Source of the DNA: Minisyncoccota bacterium
GTDB taxonomy: Bacteria; Patescibacteriota; Minisyncoccia; Minisyncoccales; JAGOPM01
DNA length: 64,000 nt
Direction of reading: 5' to 3'
Assembly: GCA_041651395.1 (NCBI GenBank)
Contig: JBAZJI010000001.1
Coordinates: 763,920-827,919 of the forward strand
Both the position numbers and the translations under genes were made by a program. Below are positions 19,255-27,266 of the stretch, one piece after another. Every line of letters begins with the position of its first letter. Position 1 is the stretch's first letter. The notes below the pieces were generated by a model. The model saw only the letters and a program-made list of their open reading frames with translations. It made no database searches and was not told the DNA's origin.

Positions 19255-19689
19255 CTAACCGTTTAATTTGAATTGATCTGGCAATAATTGCGAAATTTTG
19301 GCAAGCTGAACCTTTTGCATATTAGCATCGGGCATGATGATTTCTATATCGCAATTAGAAAGCGAAGCCATTTCGGCAATTACTTGGCGGCACAAACCGC
19401 AAGGCGCAATCGGTTGCTGAGCTTTTAAGGCAAAAATAGCAATAGCCCTCACGTCACGATGGCCGGAGGAATTAGCGCAGGCAAGAGCGGCCTGCTCGGC
19501 GCAGATTGAACAAGGAAATGAGGCATTCTCAAAATTAGCTCCGAAATAAGAGGAGCCATCCGCACACAAGGCGGCGGCTCCAACCCGATAACCAGAATAA
19601 ACCGCGTAACCGCTTTGGCTAGCGGCTTTGGCCTGTTCGACTAATTTTTTATACTCAGGAATCAAATCCTGAAAATCTTTTGTTATCAT
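19255..19689 (-). CDS. cdd: cytidine deaminase
   Basis: Zn-binding motifs CAEQAAL and PCGLCRQ. Confidence 0.9.
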   Translation of the reverse strand: MITKDFQDLIPEYKKLVEQAKAASQSGYAVYSGYRVGAAALCADGSSYFGANFENASFPCSICAEQAALACANSSGHRDVRAIAIFALKAQQPIAPCGLCRQVIAEMASLSNCDIEIIMPDANMQKVQLAKISQLLPDQFKLNG

Positions 19690-19690
19690 A

Positions 19691-20017
19691 TTATTTTCTC
19701 CGGCTTTTAGCCGCTGAGGTTATATCGAAAATAATAGCCAAGGCCATGAAAACCACCTGCCAAAAACCCCATTGCCCGCCGAACCAATTCATTACCGCAC
19801 TATACCAAAGTAAAGTAAATGGCATTAAGAAAAAACCCAACAAAGGTATGGCCCAATGCTCAAACATGGCCCCACCCTTAAACCAAGTGGAGAAAAACCA
19901 TAAAATAACAATGGCTAAACGCGGGAAGATCATTCCCAAAATTACGGCAAAAATCATAAGTATTTTTATTTCCTTATTATAACAAAGCCCGGCTGCAGCC
20001 AAAAGCCCTGCCAACAA
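19691..20017 (-). CDS. small integral membrane protein (3 TM)
   Basis: 108-aa hydrophobic ORF, Trp-rich, ending one base from the cdd start. Confidence 0.5.
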   Translation of the reverse strand: MLAGLLAAAGLCYNKEIKILMIFAVILGMIFPRLAIVILWFFSTWFKGGAMFEHWAIPLLGFFLMPFTLLWYSAVMNWFGGQWGFWQVVFMALAIIFDITSAAKSRRK

Positions 20018-20038
20018 AAGCCACTTAAAAGTGGCTTG

Positions 20039-20743
20039 TTATTTTTCCATATATTTTTTGCGCTGCGGAGGGCTAAAATGCTCAAGAGAGTATCGCAGCA
20101 TTGTCCGGGGCATTTTTTTGGAAAACTTTACTAAAAATTTTTCCAAACCCTGGCGATCTACCTTGCCTGCTTCGCGCAGCATCCAGCCAGAAGCCTTATG
20201 TATCAAATCATGTTCTTCCCTTAGCAGCATCTGAGCAATCTTATACGTTTCCTTGGTATCGCCATTGCGGATAAAGGCGCTCGTTGAAACCGTGGCAATA
20301 CGCCGGGCCCATAAATTCTTAGACTTAACCATCTCATAAAGAATTGCCTTATCCTTGCCTATCAGATATTGCCCGACAATATCGCGACAGCTTAAGTCCA
20401 CGAGATCCCAATTATTAATGCGTTTGGCATTTTTCAAATAAAAATTAAAAATCTGTTCCCGCTGCCGTGCATCTCCCTTCTGGAATTGTTTGACCAAAAT
20501 CAAAAGCCCGGTTAGCCGCTGTTCATGGACAGGACTTTTGAGTAAATGCGCCACCTCCCCGAGCGACAGATCGTAAAATTCCCTGGCAACCTTTCTCTGC
20601 AAGGGCACGACGATTCCCCAAAAAATATCTCCTTCCCCATATTGGCCTTTGCCGGTCTTAAAAAACCACGCCAGGTCTTTGGCTTTTTTGGGGTTTTTTA
20701 ATCTTTCCAACTCTTTAATGACTTGAATGGCTAGCTGCTCCAT
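20039..20743 (-). CDS. DNA alkylation repair protein (AlkD-like HEAT-repeat)
   Basis: 234 aa. The pattern KAKDLAWFFKTGKGQYGEGDIFWGI...NNWDLVD is characteristic of the DNA_alkylation family. Confidence 0.75.
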   Translation of the reverse strand: MEQLAIQVIKELERLKNPKKAKDLAWFFKTGKGQYGEGDIFWGIVVPLQRKVAREFYDLSLGEVAHLLKSPVHEQRLTGLLILVKQFQKGDARQREQIFNFYLKNAKRINNWDLVDLSCRDIVGQYLIGKDKAILYEMVKSKNLWARRIATVSTSAFIRNGDTKETYKIAQMLLREEHDLIHKASGWMLREAGKVDRQGLEKFLVKFSKKMPRTMLRYSLEHFSPPQRKKYMEK

Positions 20744-20831
20744 ATTTCCACCATATACAAAAAATCTGGCTTGCGCCAGAGAGCTTTTTATTATCTGATA
20801 TTACTCGGTGATTATAGAAATTTTTTCCTTT

Positions 20832-21134
20832 TTAACCGGCTTTCTTATCCAACTTGTCTAAACCTAAACCCTTGACGCCATAATAAACAACTAAAGCCAC
20901 AACCAGAAAATCGATAAGCGTGGCCAAAAAATTTCCCCAAGCCACTTTGGCCGCACCAACCATAAAGTAACTGCTCTTAAAATCGCCGGCAAAGCCCAGG
21001 ACAAGGCCCAAGAGCGGGTTGATGACTTCGGTCACTAATGAAGAAACTACTTTAGAAACAGCGCCGCCCAACATGAAGCCGACGGCCAAGCCCACTACCC
21101 CCTGTTCCCTGATAAAATCCATAAAGCCCTTCAT
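20832..21134 (-). CDS. mscL: large-conductance mechanosensitive channel
   Basis: MKGFMDFIREQGVVGLAVGFMLGGA ... INPLLG, the canonical MscL N-terminus. Confidence 0.9.
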   Translation of the reverse strand: MKGFMDFIREQGVVGLAVGFMLGGAVSKVVSSLVTEVINPLLGLVLGFAGDFKSSYFMVGAAKVAWGNFLATLIDFLVVALVVYYGVKGLGLDKLDKKAG

Positions 21135-21155
21135 ATTTTTTATTTATTTTATTTT

Positions 21156-21611
21156 TTAATATTCTTCCGCAATTTTACCGCGCATCTTTTTCTTCTCGCC
21201 GATTTTCTTCTTATCCACTAGCCTTTCTTCTTTGGAGGCCCGGCTAGGCTTGGTTGGTATTCTTTCTTTTTCCACGATAAGGGCTTTACTAACCAGTCGG
21301 CGCAGCACCTCCACGGCCGCGGCGGCATTCTGCCCCTGCGAGCGCTCTTTTTCGCTTTGCACAATCAGCTCGCCCTTCTCATTAATGCGCGTGGCTAATT
21401 TTTCCTTAATAAGTTTTTTCTCCTCCTCGGAAAAAGCCTTGCTGGCCTCAATATCCCATCGCGCTTCCGCTTTCGTTTCGCGCTTATTGACGTTTTGGCC
21501 GCCCGCACCGCCAGACTTAGCAAAAGACATTTTTATCTCTACCAAGGGCACTTTGCGGTCATTTTCAATTTTTTCTGAAGCCGTAAAATTCATTTTTTCA
21601 AAATTTTCCAT
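21156..21611 (-). CDS. arfB: alternative ribosome-rescue factor ArfB (peptidyl-tRNA hydrolase, RF-1 domain)
   Basis: GGQ motif SGGAGGQNVNK plus a basic C-terminal tail. Confidence 0.85.
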   Translation of the reverse strand: MENFEKMNFTASEKIENDRKVPLVEIKMSFAKSGGAGGQNVNKRETKAEARWDIEASKAFSEEEKKLIKEKLATRINEKGELIVQSEKERSQGQNAAAAVEVLRRLVSKALIVEKERIPTKPSRASKEERLVDKKKIGEKKKMRGKIAEEY

Positions 21612-21614
21612 AAA

Positions 21615-22391
21615 TTATTGCCCTTCGACAAAAACATTCTTATATTTTTCCATTAAATTGGCGTAATTCTGACCACATTTAAGAGCTTCGTTTTCCGGTA
21701 CAATTTTATTTTCTATCAACCAATTTTTGTCTTTAGGATTTTGTCCATAAGCCAAACAGGCGTAATTGATGAAACGTGAAAGGTTGGTGCTGCGCTCGTC
21801 GGAAAAACTTAGCTGCTCCATTTTCTTTTCATCCCCTTTAGAAATAAAGTAGAGCCCGCCCACAAAAATATTCTCTGAACATTGATTGCCACAGCTTAAG
21901 GCAATGGAGGCAGCAATCTCATCGACTATCGAATCAGAGCCTGTGGCCGGCAAACTCCCAACCGCGTGGGCAATATTGTGCAAAACTAAATAGTAAGTGG
22001 AATTAACAATCGCCCGATCGTATTCGTTGACATCGCGAATATCATATGTGTAGGCCGAGCCCAAGGCATCAACCATCTCGTAGCAAGCCCGAATTTCGCG
22101 CTTTTGTTCGTCGAAATAAAAATCCTGCTTGCCACACTCACCAAAAACCAATTTGAACGGCTTATCAATGGAAAAACGGTTGATCGCTTTGGTTATCCCC
22201 TCGGCGACAGAACTGGTGGCAAATAATTTTTTATACCGCTCGAATCGCGGCTGCTTGGAATCAATGTAGGAAATTTGGAATTTCTGTCCAAAATTTATCT
22301 TTTTCACGCTGACCGGAAAAAATTTCCAAACCAGGAAAACTAACAAAACCAACCCTAAACAAAATAAAACTACCTTATATTTTTTATCCAT
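21615..22391 (-). CDS. membrane-anchored hypothetical protein
   Basis: 258 aa with an N-terminal TM. No motif confidently recognised. Confidence 0.5.
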   Translation of the reverse strand: MDKKYKVVLFCLGLVLLVFLVWKFFPVSVKKINFGQKFQISYIDSKQPRFERYKKLFATSSVAEGITKAINRFSIDKPFKLVFGECGKQDFYFDEQKREIRACYEMVDALGSAYTYDIRDVNEYDRAIVNSTYYLVLHNIAHAVGSLPATGSDSIVDEIAASIALSCGNQCSENIFVGGLYFISKGDEKKMEQLSFSDERSTNLSRFINYACLAYGQNPKDKNWLIENKIVPENEALKCGQNYANLMEKYKNVFVEGQ

Positions 22392-22536
22392 ATTATTTAA
22401 TGTTTTTTATATCCTAATATGAGCAGAAGGTTAGGTCAATCTAGCCCTTATCCATTATAACATACCAAATTCGCTGCGGCGAAGATTAAATATAGAATTT
22501 TCGGATAATAAAAAACCCGCCGTTAGCGGGATGATT

Positions 22537-23790
22537 TCACTGCATTAAATAATATTTTTCTTGTTCGGAGGTTAGGTGATCAAGGTCAAGGCCCAAAGTT
22601 TTGATTTTTAACCAGGCAACGCTTTGGTCGATTTCTGTTGACACATCAAAAACGCCGGGTTTAAGAGTATATCTGGTCTTGGATAAATATTCGGCACAAA
22701 GAGCTTGAATGGCAAAGGACATATCCATAATCTCTGCGGCATGCCCATCACCACCAGCCAAATTTACCAACCTTCCTTCTGCCAACAAATCCAAACAATT
22801 ACCATTGGGCAGTTCGTATCTTTGCACACCATCTCTTAGCTGATAACTATTGTGCGCCATAACTTTTAGACCCGCCACATCTACTTCCACGTCAAAGTGC
22901 CCGGCATTAGCCAAGATGGCACCATTTTTCATCTTGATGAAATGGTGACCATTTATTACTGAAATATTCCCAGTAACAGTCACAAAAAAGTCGCCGAATT
23001 GACAAGCTTCAGACATGGGCATTACTTCAAAACCATCATTGATAGCCTCAAGCGCCTTAACCGGATTAATCTCGGTCACAATAACTCGGCTCGCACCCCA
23101 ACCTTTAGCGTAACGCGCTACGCCTTTGCCGCACCAACCATAACCAGCCACAACAACCACTTTGCCTGAAATTTGCAAATTGGTTAGCTTGCTTATAGCC
23201 GTCCAAGTGCTTTGACCAGTGCCATAACGGTTATCAAAAAAGTGTTTGCACTGCGCATCATTGGCTGAAATCATCGGAAGAAGCAGCTTGCCGTCTTTTT
23301 CCCATTTTTTCAAACGGTTGATACCTGTCGTCGTTTCTTCCGAACCGCCAAACATTGCCGGAATATGGCTGCGATACTCCTTGTGTAATAAATCAGTCAA
23401 ATCGCCACCATCGTCAATGATGATATGCGGCTGAGGGTCGAGCAGATCATGCAAATATTGCCAATACTGCACCTCGGAACAATTATGCTTGGCAAAAACT
23501 TCCACTCCTCTTTCTTTCAGGGCCATCACGGCGTCATCCTGGGTTGAAAGAGCATTGCTACCGGCCAAAAAAACTTGAGCTCCGCCGGCTTTAAGCGTCA
23601 GGCACAACCGACAAGTTTTAGGCTCGGCATGTATGCAAACGGCAATCCGCAAACCTTCAAAAGGCTTCTCAGCGACAAAACGTTTTTCAATCGCGTCCAA
23701 AAGCGGCATATGTGCCCTATCTTCAACCCAAGCCAACTTGCGACAACCCAAGGCCAGTTGCCTTTCATACTCACTATTATCCATTAACAC
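22537..23790 (-). CDS. ahcY: adenosylhomocysteinase
   Basis: 417 aa with NAD-binding VVVAGYGWCGKG and conserved SAHH blocks (HFDVEVD, AEGRLVNL). Confidence 0.95.
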   Translation of the reverse strand: MLMDNSEYERQLALGCRKLAWVEDRAHMPLLDAIEKRFVAEKPFEGLRIAVCIHAEPKTCRLCLTLKAGGAQVFLAGSNALSTQDDAVMALKERGVEVFAKHNCSEVQYWQYLHDLLDPQPHIIIDDGGDLTDLLHKEYRSHIPAMFGGSEETTTGINRLKKWEKDGKLLLPMISANDAQCKHFFDNRYGTGQSTWTAISKLTNLQISGKVVVVAGYGWCGKGVARYAKGWGASRVIVTEINPVKALEAINDGFEVMPMSEACQFGDFFVTVTGNISVINGHHFIKMKNGAILANAGHFDVEVDVAGLKVMAHNSYQLRDGVQRYELPNGNCLDLLAEGRLVNLAGGDGHAAEIMDMSFAIQALCAEYLSKTRYTLKPGVFDVSTEIDQSVAWLKIKTLGLDLDHLTSEQEKYYLMQ

Positions 23791-23891
23791 CTCCTATTTG
23801 TTTTGAATTTTCTCCTTATAAAATAGCGCCGGATGAGCTTTGCGTCAACCGCTTGCCTTAAGCCAAATCATTCCGATCTGGAGGTTTTCCC

Positions 23892-23953
23892 AAATCAAAA
23901 GGCACCCTCGCGGATGCCTTTCAAATTTAGAATTATTGGTTAGCCCTGCGGAG
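23892..23953. repeat. 62-nt direct repeat, copy 1 (contains a terminator hairpin)
   Basis: Identical base for base to 24071-24132. On the minus strand it contains AAAGGCA-TCCGCGAGGG-TGCCTTTT. Confidence 0.95.
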
Positions 23954-24049
23954 TAGTCGCGAGAAGCATTACTGCCAGCTCGGCGCTTTAGCGCCGAATA
24001 CAAAATCTGCCGGCGGCGGCCGGCACCTTGGACAGAAAGCTGCCCGGGT

Positions 24050-24144
24050 ATCGCGGACTTGCTTTGAGATAAATCAAAAGGCACCCTCGCGGATGCCTTT
24101 CAAATTTAGAATTATTGGTTAGCCCTGCGGAGCAAGTCCGCGAT
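24050..24144. repeat. 14-bp perfect inverted repeat enclosing repeat copy 2
   Basis: ATCGCGGACTTGCT (24050-24063) pairs with AGCAAGTCCGCGAT (24131-24144). Confidence 0.9.
24071..24132. repeat. 62-nt direct repeat, copy 2 (probable terminator of the RRM gene)
   Basis: Identical to 23892-23953. Lies 17 nt downstream of the stop codon of the 24149-24454 CDS on the minus strand. Confidence 0.95.
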
Positions 24145-24148
24145 CAGC

Positions 24149-24454
24149 TTACCAAGCATTCCTCCTGCCTCCCCTGTCACCTCCGAAGTCCCTGCGGGGC
24201 TTGTCGGTCATAGGGCGGGCTTCATTGACAGTCAACTGCCTGCCGTCCATTTCTTTGCCATTGAACATTTCAATAGCCTTTTGAGCTTCCTCATCGTTGG
24301 ACATTTCCACGAATCCGAAACCCTTGGAACGGCCGGAGAACTTGTCAGTGATGATGCTGGTAGACTCAACGGTTCCAGCTTGGGCAAAAGCCTGAGCGAG
24401 AGCCTCTTGGGTAGTGCCCCAAGCGAGGTTACCAACATAAAGTTTCTTAGCCAT
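24149..24454 (-). CDS. RNA-binding protein with an RRM domain and a Gly/Arg-rich tail
   Basis: RNP-2 LYVGNL, RNP-1 KGFGFVEM, C-terminal RRDFGGDRGGRR. Confidence 0.9.
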   Translation of the reverse strand: MAKKLYVGNLAWGTTQEALAQAFAQAGTVESTSIITDKFSGRSKGFGFVEMSNDEEAQKAIEMFNGKEMDGRQLTVNEARPMTDKPRRDFGGDRGGRRNAW

Positions 24455-24585
24455 TTTGTTGTGTTTTATTTACTTTTCGCCGCAATTAAATCGGCGTCTA
24501 GCAAGGTGACCTTCTCTACTTAGCTCTGCATTCGGGAAAACCCCTCAACAAAATGCTAAAAACGAGAATGCTTACTACATCTATA

Positions 24586-24614
24586 ATGATAGCACACTTT
24601 TTCTTAAAAGTCAA
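24586..24614 (-). promoter_or_regulatory. candidate sigma-70 promoter of the RRM gene
   Basis: On the minus strand: TTGACT, 17 nt, TATCAT. This would leave a leader of about 130 nt. Confidence 0.4.
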
Positions 24615-24689
24615 TGGGCGAAAGCCCTTTGTTTACTGGCTCTCAACTTGATTTTTTGCTAAAATTACAGTACAAATATATGTTAGCTT

Positions 24690-24776
24690 GGAGGGGTGGC
24701 TGAGCGGCCGAAAGCAACACACTGCTAATGTGTTAACTGGGCAACCGGTTCGAGGGTTCGAATCCCTCCCCCTCCG
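24690..24776 (+). tRNA. tRNA-Ser (anticodon GCU), no encoded CCA
   Basis: Acceptor GGAGGGG/CCCCTCC, anticodon loop CTGCTAA, long variable arm, T-loop TTCGAAT. Confidence 0.9.
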
Positions 24777-24788
24777 CTCCAAAGGAAA

Positions 24789-24812
24789 ATCGCACGACTG
24801 GTGCGATTTTTT
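24789..24812 (+). terminator. terminator after tRNA-Ser(GCU)
   Basis: ATCGCAC GACTG GTGCGAT followed by a T6 tract. Confidence 0.8.
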
Positions 24813-24842
24813 CTTTGGCGGACTTGATAGAAGGGATTCGAA

Positions 24843-24885
24843 GTTTATACTGGCCGAGCTAGCAAGCGAGGGCAGTAAATGCCTC
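24843..24885. repeat. 43-nt direct repeat, copy 1
   Basis: GTTTATACTGGCCGAGCTAGCAAGCGAGGGCAGTAAATGCCTC, identical to 24949-24991. Confidence 0.95.
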
Positions 24886-24948
24886 CCCTACATTAATTCA
24901 ACTGAGGGAAACGAATCCCAAATTCGAACTTGTCTACCGTCAGACAGG

Positions 24949-24991
24949 GTTTATACTGGCCGAGCTAGCAAGCGAGGGCAGTAAATGCCTC
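24949..24991. repeat. 43-nt direct repeat, copy 2
   Basis: Perfect copy of 24843-24885 (period 106 nt), 55 nt upstream of the SemiSWEET start codon. Confidence 0.95.
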
Positions 24992-25045
24992 ACGCTCTTT
25001 TGACCAAAACACAATTACTCTTATAATTGATTAGCAACCAAAATC

Positions 25046-25312
25046 ATGGACCAAAACTTCGTTTCTAAAATCGGTTGGCTGGCCTCGCTCATGACCATTG
25101 CGATGTATTTTTCCTACATCGACCAAATAAGGCTCAACCTCTCTGGCAATCCCGGATCCGTGATTCTGCCTAGCATTACTTTTCTTAATTGCATAGCTTG
25201 GACATTTTATGGCTTCTTCAAAGAAAAAAAAGATTGGCCGATAATTGTCTGTAATATTCCAGGAATAATTCTGGGCGCCGCTACTGCTATCACGGCACTT
25301 AAAATATTTTAA
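25046..25312 (+). CDS. SemiSWEET-type (PQ-loop/MtN3) 3-TM transporter
   Basis: 88 aa with 3 TM. The layout ...YIDQIRLNLSG....F.N..AWTFYG....W.I...N matches bacterial SemiSWEETs. Confidence 0.7.
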   Translation: MDQNFVSKIGWLASLMTIAMYFSYIDQIRLNLSGNPGSVILPSITFLNCIAWTFYGFFKEKKDWPIIVCNIPGIILGAATAITALKIF

Positions 25313-25316
25313 TAAA

Positions 25317-25904
25317 ATGACATTACTGCAATATTTACCTTACTTAGTTTTCTTGGGTGCTGCTGTCCAGCTTTTCGGAATAACTTCTTATATTAAGGAT
25401 ACCCTCAAGGGCAAAACAAAGCCTAACAAAATCACTTGGCTTCTTTGGGCTATTGCTCCCCTTATTGCCACTGCCGCCGCAATATCCGATGGTGTAGGGT
25501 TAGCCGTTTTGCCGGTTTTTATTTCCGGCTTTGGACCTTTGCTTGTTTTTCTATCGTCCTTCGCTAACAAAGAAGCTTACTGGAAATTAGAAAAGTTTGA
25601 TTACATTTGCGGAGCTTTTTCAATTCTAGCTCTGATCCTTTGGTGGATAACGAAAAATCCGACAATCGCCATATTTTTTTCTATCCTGAGCGATTTTTTT
25701 GCCTGTATCCCCACTCTGGCCAAAGCTTGGAAGCATCCAGAAACAGAAAATCCCGATGCCTTTACTTATGGCCTCTTTAATTCATTAACCAGCTTTGCCG
25801 CTATTAATGTATGGAACTTTTCCTCTTTGGCTTTTCCTATTTATCTTACAATCGCCAATGTCGCCTTATCTTACGCCGTGCTAAGAAAAAAGATCCATAA
25901 ATAA
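25317..25904 (+). CDS. integral membrane protein (6 TM), unknown function
   Basis: 195 aa, co-directional with and 5 nt after the SemiSWEET gene. The weak PQ-loop-like segment YIKDTLKGKTKPNKITW is noted but not relied on. Confidence 0.5.
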   Translation: MTLLQYLPYLVFLGAAVQLFGITSYIKDTLKGKTKPNKITWLLWAIAPLIATAAAISDGVGLAVLPVFISGFGPLLVFLSSFANKEAYWKLEKFDYICGAFSILALILWWITKNPTIAIFFSILSDFFACIPTLAKAWKHPETENPDAFTYGLFNSLTSFAAINVWNFSSLAFPIYLTIANVALSYAVLRKKIHK

Positions 25905-25934
25905 AAACTCCCCGTCAAATGGCGGGGAGTTTTT
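25903..25934. terminator. bidirectional terminator
   Basis: ACTCCCCG ... CGGGGAGT flanked by A- and T-tracts, between convergent genes. Confidence 0.8.
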
Positions 25935-26922
25935 ATTTAGAATAAACGACATTGTTATCTCTTGGAGAATAATAAGGATTAGTTAATTCTTTAATATGCT
26001 TATAAACTTTATCGTTCTCAAATAGCTGAAAATTATTCTCGCTCACCGGCTGATGAATATTCTTTAATGCCGCCAAATCTTTTTCTGCTTGCTCCCTCAT
26101 AGCGGGAGACATATATTTAGGATCCTTATCTGCTTGCGCCAGATGATATTCGTATTGCATTATTGCCTCTTCCAAAAACAATCTTTGCATCGGATGTATA
26201 GCGAGCTCCATTATCCTCGTTTGAGCCATTTCTCTCACGCGGGGCGTTGGCTGCTCTTTCATCTTGCCGGCTAAAATATTCAATTCATTTGCCCTGATAA
26301 AAACGTCTCTTGCATGAGTGGCATCCGCTCCTAATATAATCGGCATTACATGCCCCTTATTTCCCCTCTCCTGCGTAAAAAATGACTTAAAATACTTAAT
26401 CTTTTGACCACCATTTTTTATTGTTTCTTGGTTACGTGACAGCTTCTGGGCAACTTCATTAAAATCACTCGTTTCCGTAGCATCAATACTGAGGCAGATT
26501 GTTGAATGCTGATCTTGCTCGTTTCCGACCCCGGGAATTTTTATTTCTAGATATGCATCAGTTTTATTTATTTTATCGTCATATTCTGAAGCCCGCGTAA
26601 CATGAGCGTCTTTTCCAAACCATTTATGACGGTTGACGATATGCACTACCACGCCAGCCTCAAACCTCTCCGATTCGGATTTTAAGGCTAGTGCCCCCTC
26701 TGACTCATTGGCCCTTTTCATATCCTGCCCTGCCTTCTCTTGAGCAACCAGAGCCTTATCCCTCATAACACCTTCGCGATCAATTTCAATGAATTCATCG
26801 AGATCAACCCTCTCATCTACTGGTAATTTTCTGACTACTAAATCGATATATTCTTTTTTAGAAGCCTCCTTATTTGTTGGTGCTTGTTCTGCCCTTTCCA
26901 TGAGTTTAGCCAATCTTAACAC
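25933..26922 (-). CDS. hypothetical protein, paralog A of an uncharacterised family
   Basis: 329 aa. Shares collinear blocks with the 27267-28331 product: S.YDD..N..D, L.L..D.T, KL.RN...I..GG.K.KYF.S, P..IG.D. Confidence 0.6.
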   Translation of the reverse strand: MLRLAKLMERAEQAPTNKEASKKEYIDLVVRKLPVDERVDLDEFIEIDREGVMRDKALVAQEKAGQDMKRANESEGALALKSESERFEAGVVVHIVNRHKWFGKDAHVTRASEYDDKINKTDAYLEIKIPGVGNEQDQHSTICLSIDATETSDFNEVAQKLSRNQETIKNGGQKIKYFKSFFTQERGNKGHVMPIILGADATHARDVFIRANELNILAGKMKEQPTPRVREMAQTRIMELAIHPMQRLFLEEAIMQYEYHLAQADKDPKYMSPAMREQAEKDLAALKNIHQPVSENNFQLFENDKVYKHIKELTNPYYSPRDNNVVYSK

Positions 26923-27101
26923 ATTAAGTCATAATACCGCTACCCCTTTATTTTTTTCACTCTTTGTGTTATATTCTATTGCGTTAGTGGGTACTGTTTG
27001 CTGGCTTGCCAGCTCAATATTCATTAGATACCTGCCTGCCGGTAGGCAGGTTAGAAATTAGAATTTAGATATTAAGCATTTTCTTTAGAAAATGCGTGAT
27101 T

Positions 27102-27176
27102 GGCCTCGTAGTTCAACGGATAGAATGCAAGCTTGCGGAGCTTGCGATCCAGGTTCGATTCCTGGCGAGGTCACCA
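27102..27176 (+). tRNA. tRNA-Arg (anticodon GCG), CCA encoded
   Basis: Acceptor GGCCTCG/CGAGGTC (one G-U pair), anticodon stem CAAGC/GCTTG, loop TTGCGGA, T-arm CCAGG TTCGATT CCTGG, discriminator A. Confidence 0.8.
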
Positions 27177-27179
27177 TAA

Positions 27180-27209
27180 AATTAAAACGCCCGAAAGGGC
27201 GTTTTAATT
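27180..27209 (+). terminator. terminator after tRNA-Arg(GCG)
   Basis: AATTAAAACGCCC GAAA GGGCGTTTTAATT. Confidence 0.8.
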
Positions 27210-27266
27210 TTGCTGTATGCCGCGCATCGCGCAGCGGGGGGGCGAGGATACGAACCGCATCCTTAA

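Noticed and set aside
23955-24060. An SRP (4.5S) RNA or SAH riboswitch in the GC-rich core.
   Set aside because: Short strings (CCAAGG, GCAGAU, AGCUGGCAG) resemble parts of E. coli 4.5S RNA, but the essential domain IV motif (GGAA tetraloop with GGAAGCAGCC) is absent. The SAH-riboswitch core strings (GAGGAGCGCUGC / ACGGCGCUC) are also not present. It is left as an unassigned candidate and needs Infernal.
23845-24084. A 79-aa minus-strand ORF in the RRM-ahcY intergenic region.
   Set aside because: It lies entirely within the duplicated terminator and GC-rich hairpin region. It has no ribosome-binding site and is better explained as RNA structure.
24688-24984. A 98-aa plus-strand ORF.
   Set aside because: It is made up of the tRNA-Ser(GCU) sequence, its terminator and the 43-nt repeats. 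It shows no coding signal.
24843-24991. A possible mini-CRISPR array (43-nt repeat, 63-nt spacer). The same idea was considered for the 62-nt repeats at 23892/24071.
   Set aside because: Each has only two copies. The spacing and repeat length are atypical, no cas genes are in the window, and the repeats are embedded in tRNA-trailer or terminator contexts.
27211-27266. A minus-strand tRNA or tRNA pseudogene (GGTTCGTATCC string).
   Set aside because: I could not build T-stem, acceptor or anticodon arms around it. It is interpreted as a degenerate inverted T-arm copy of the neighbouring tRNA-Arg.
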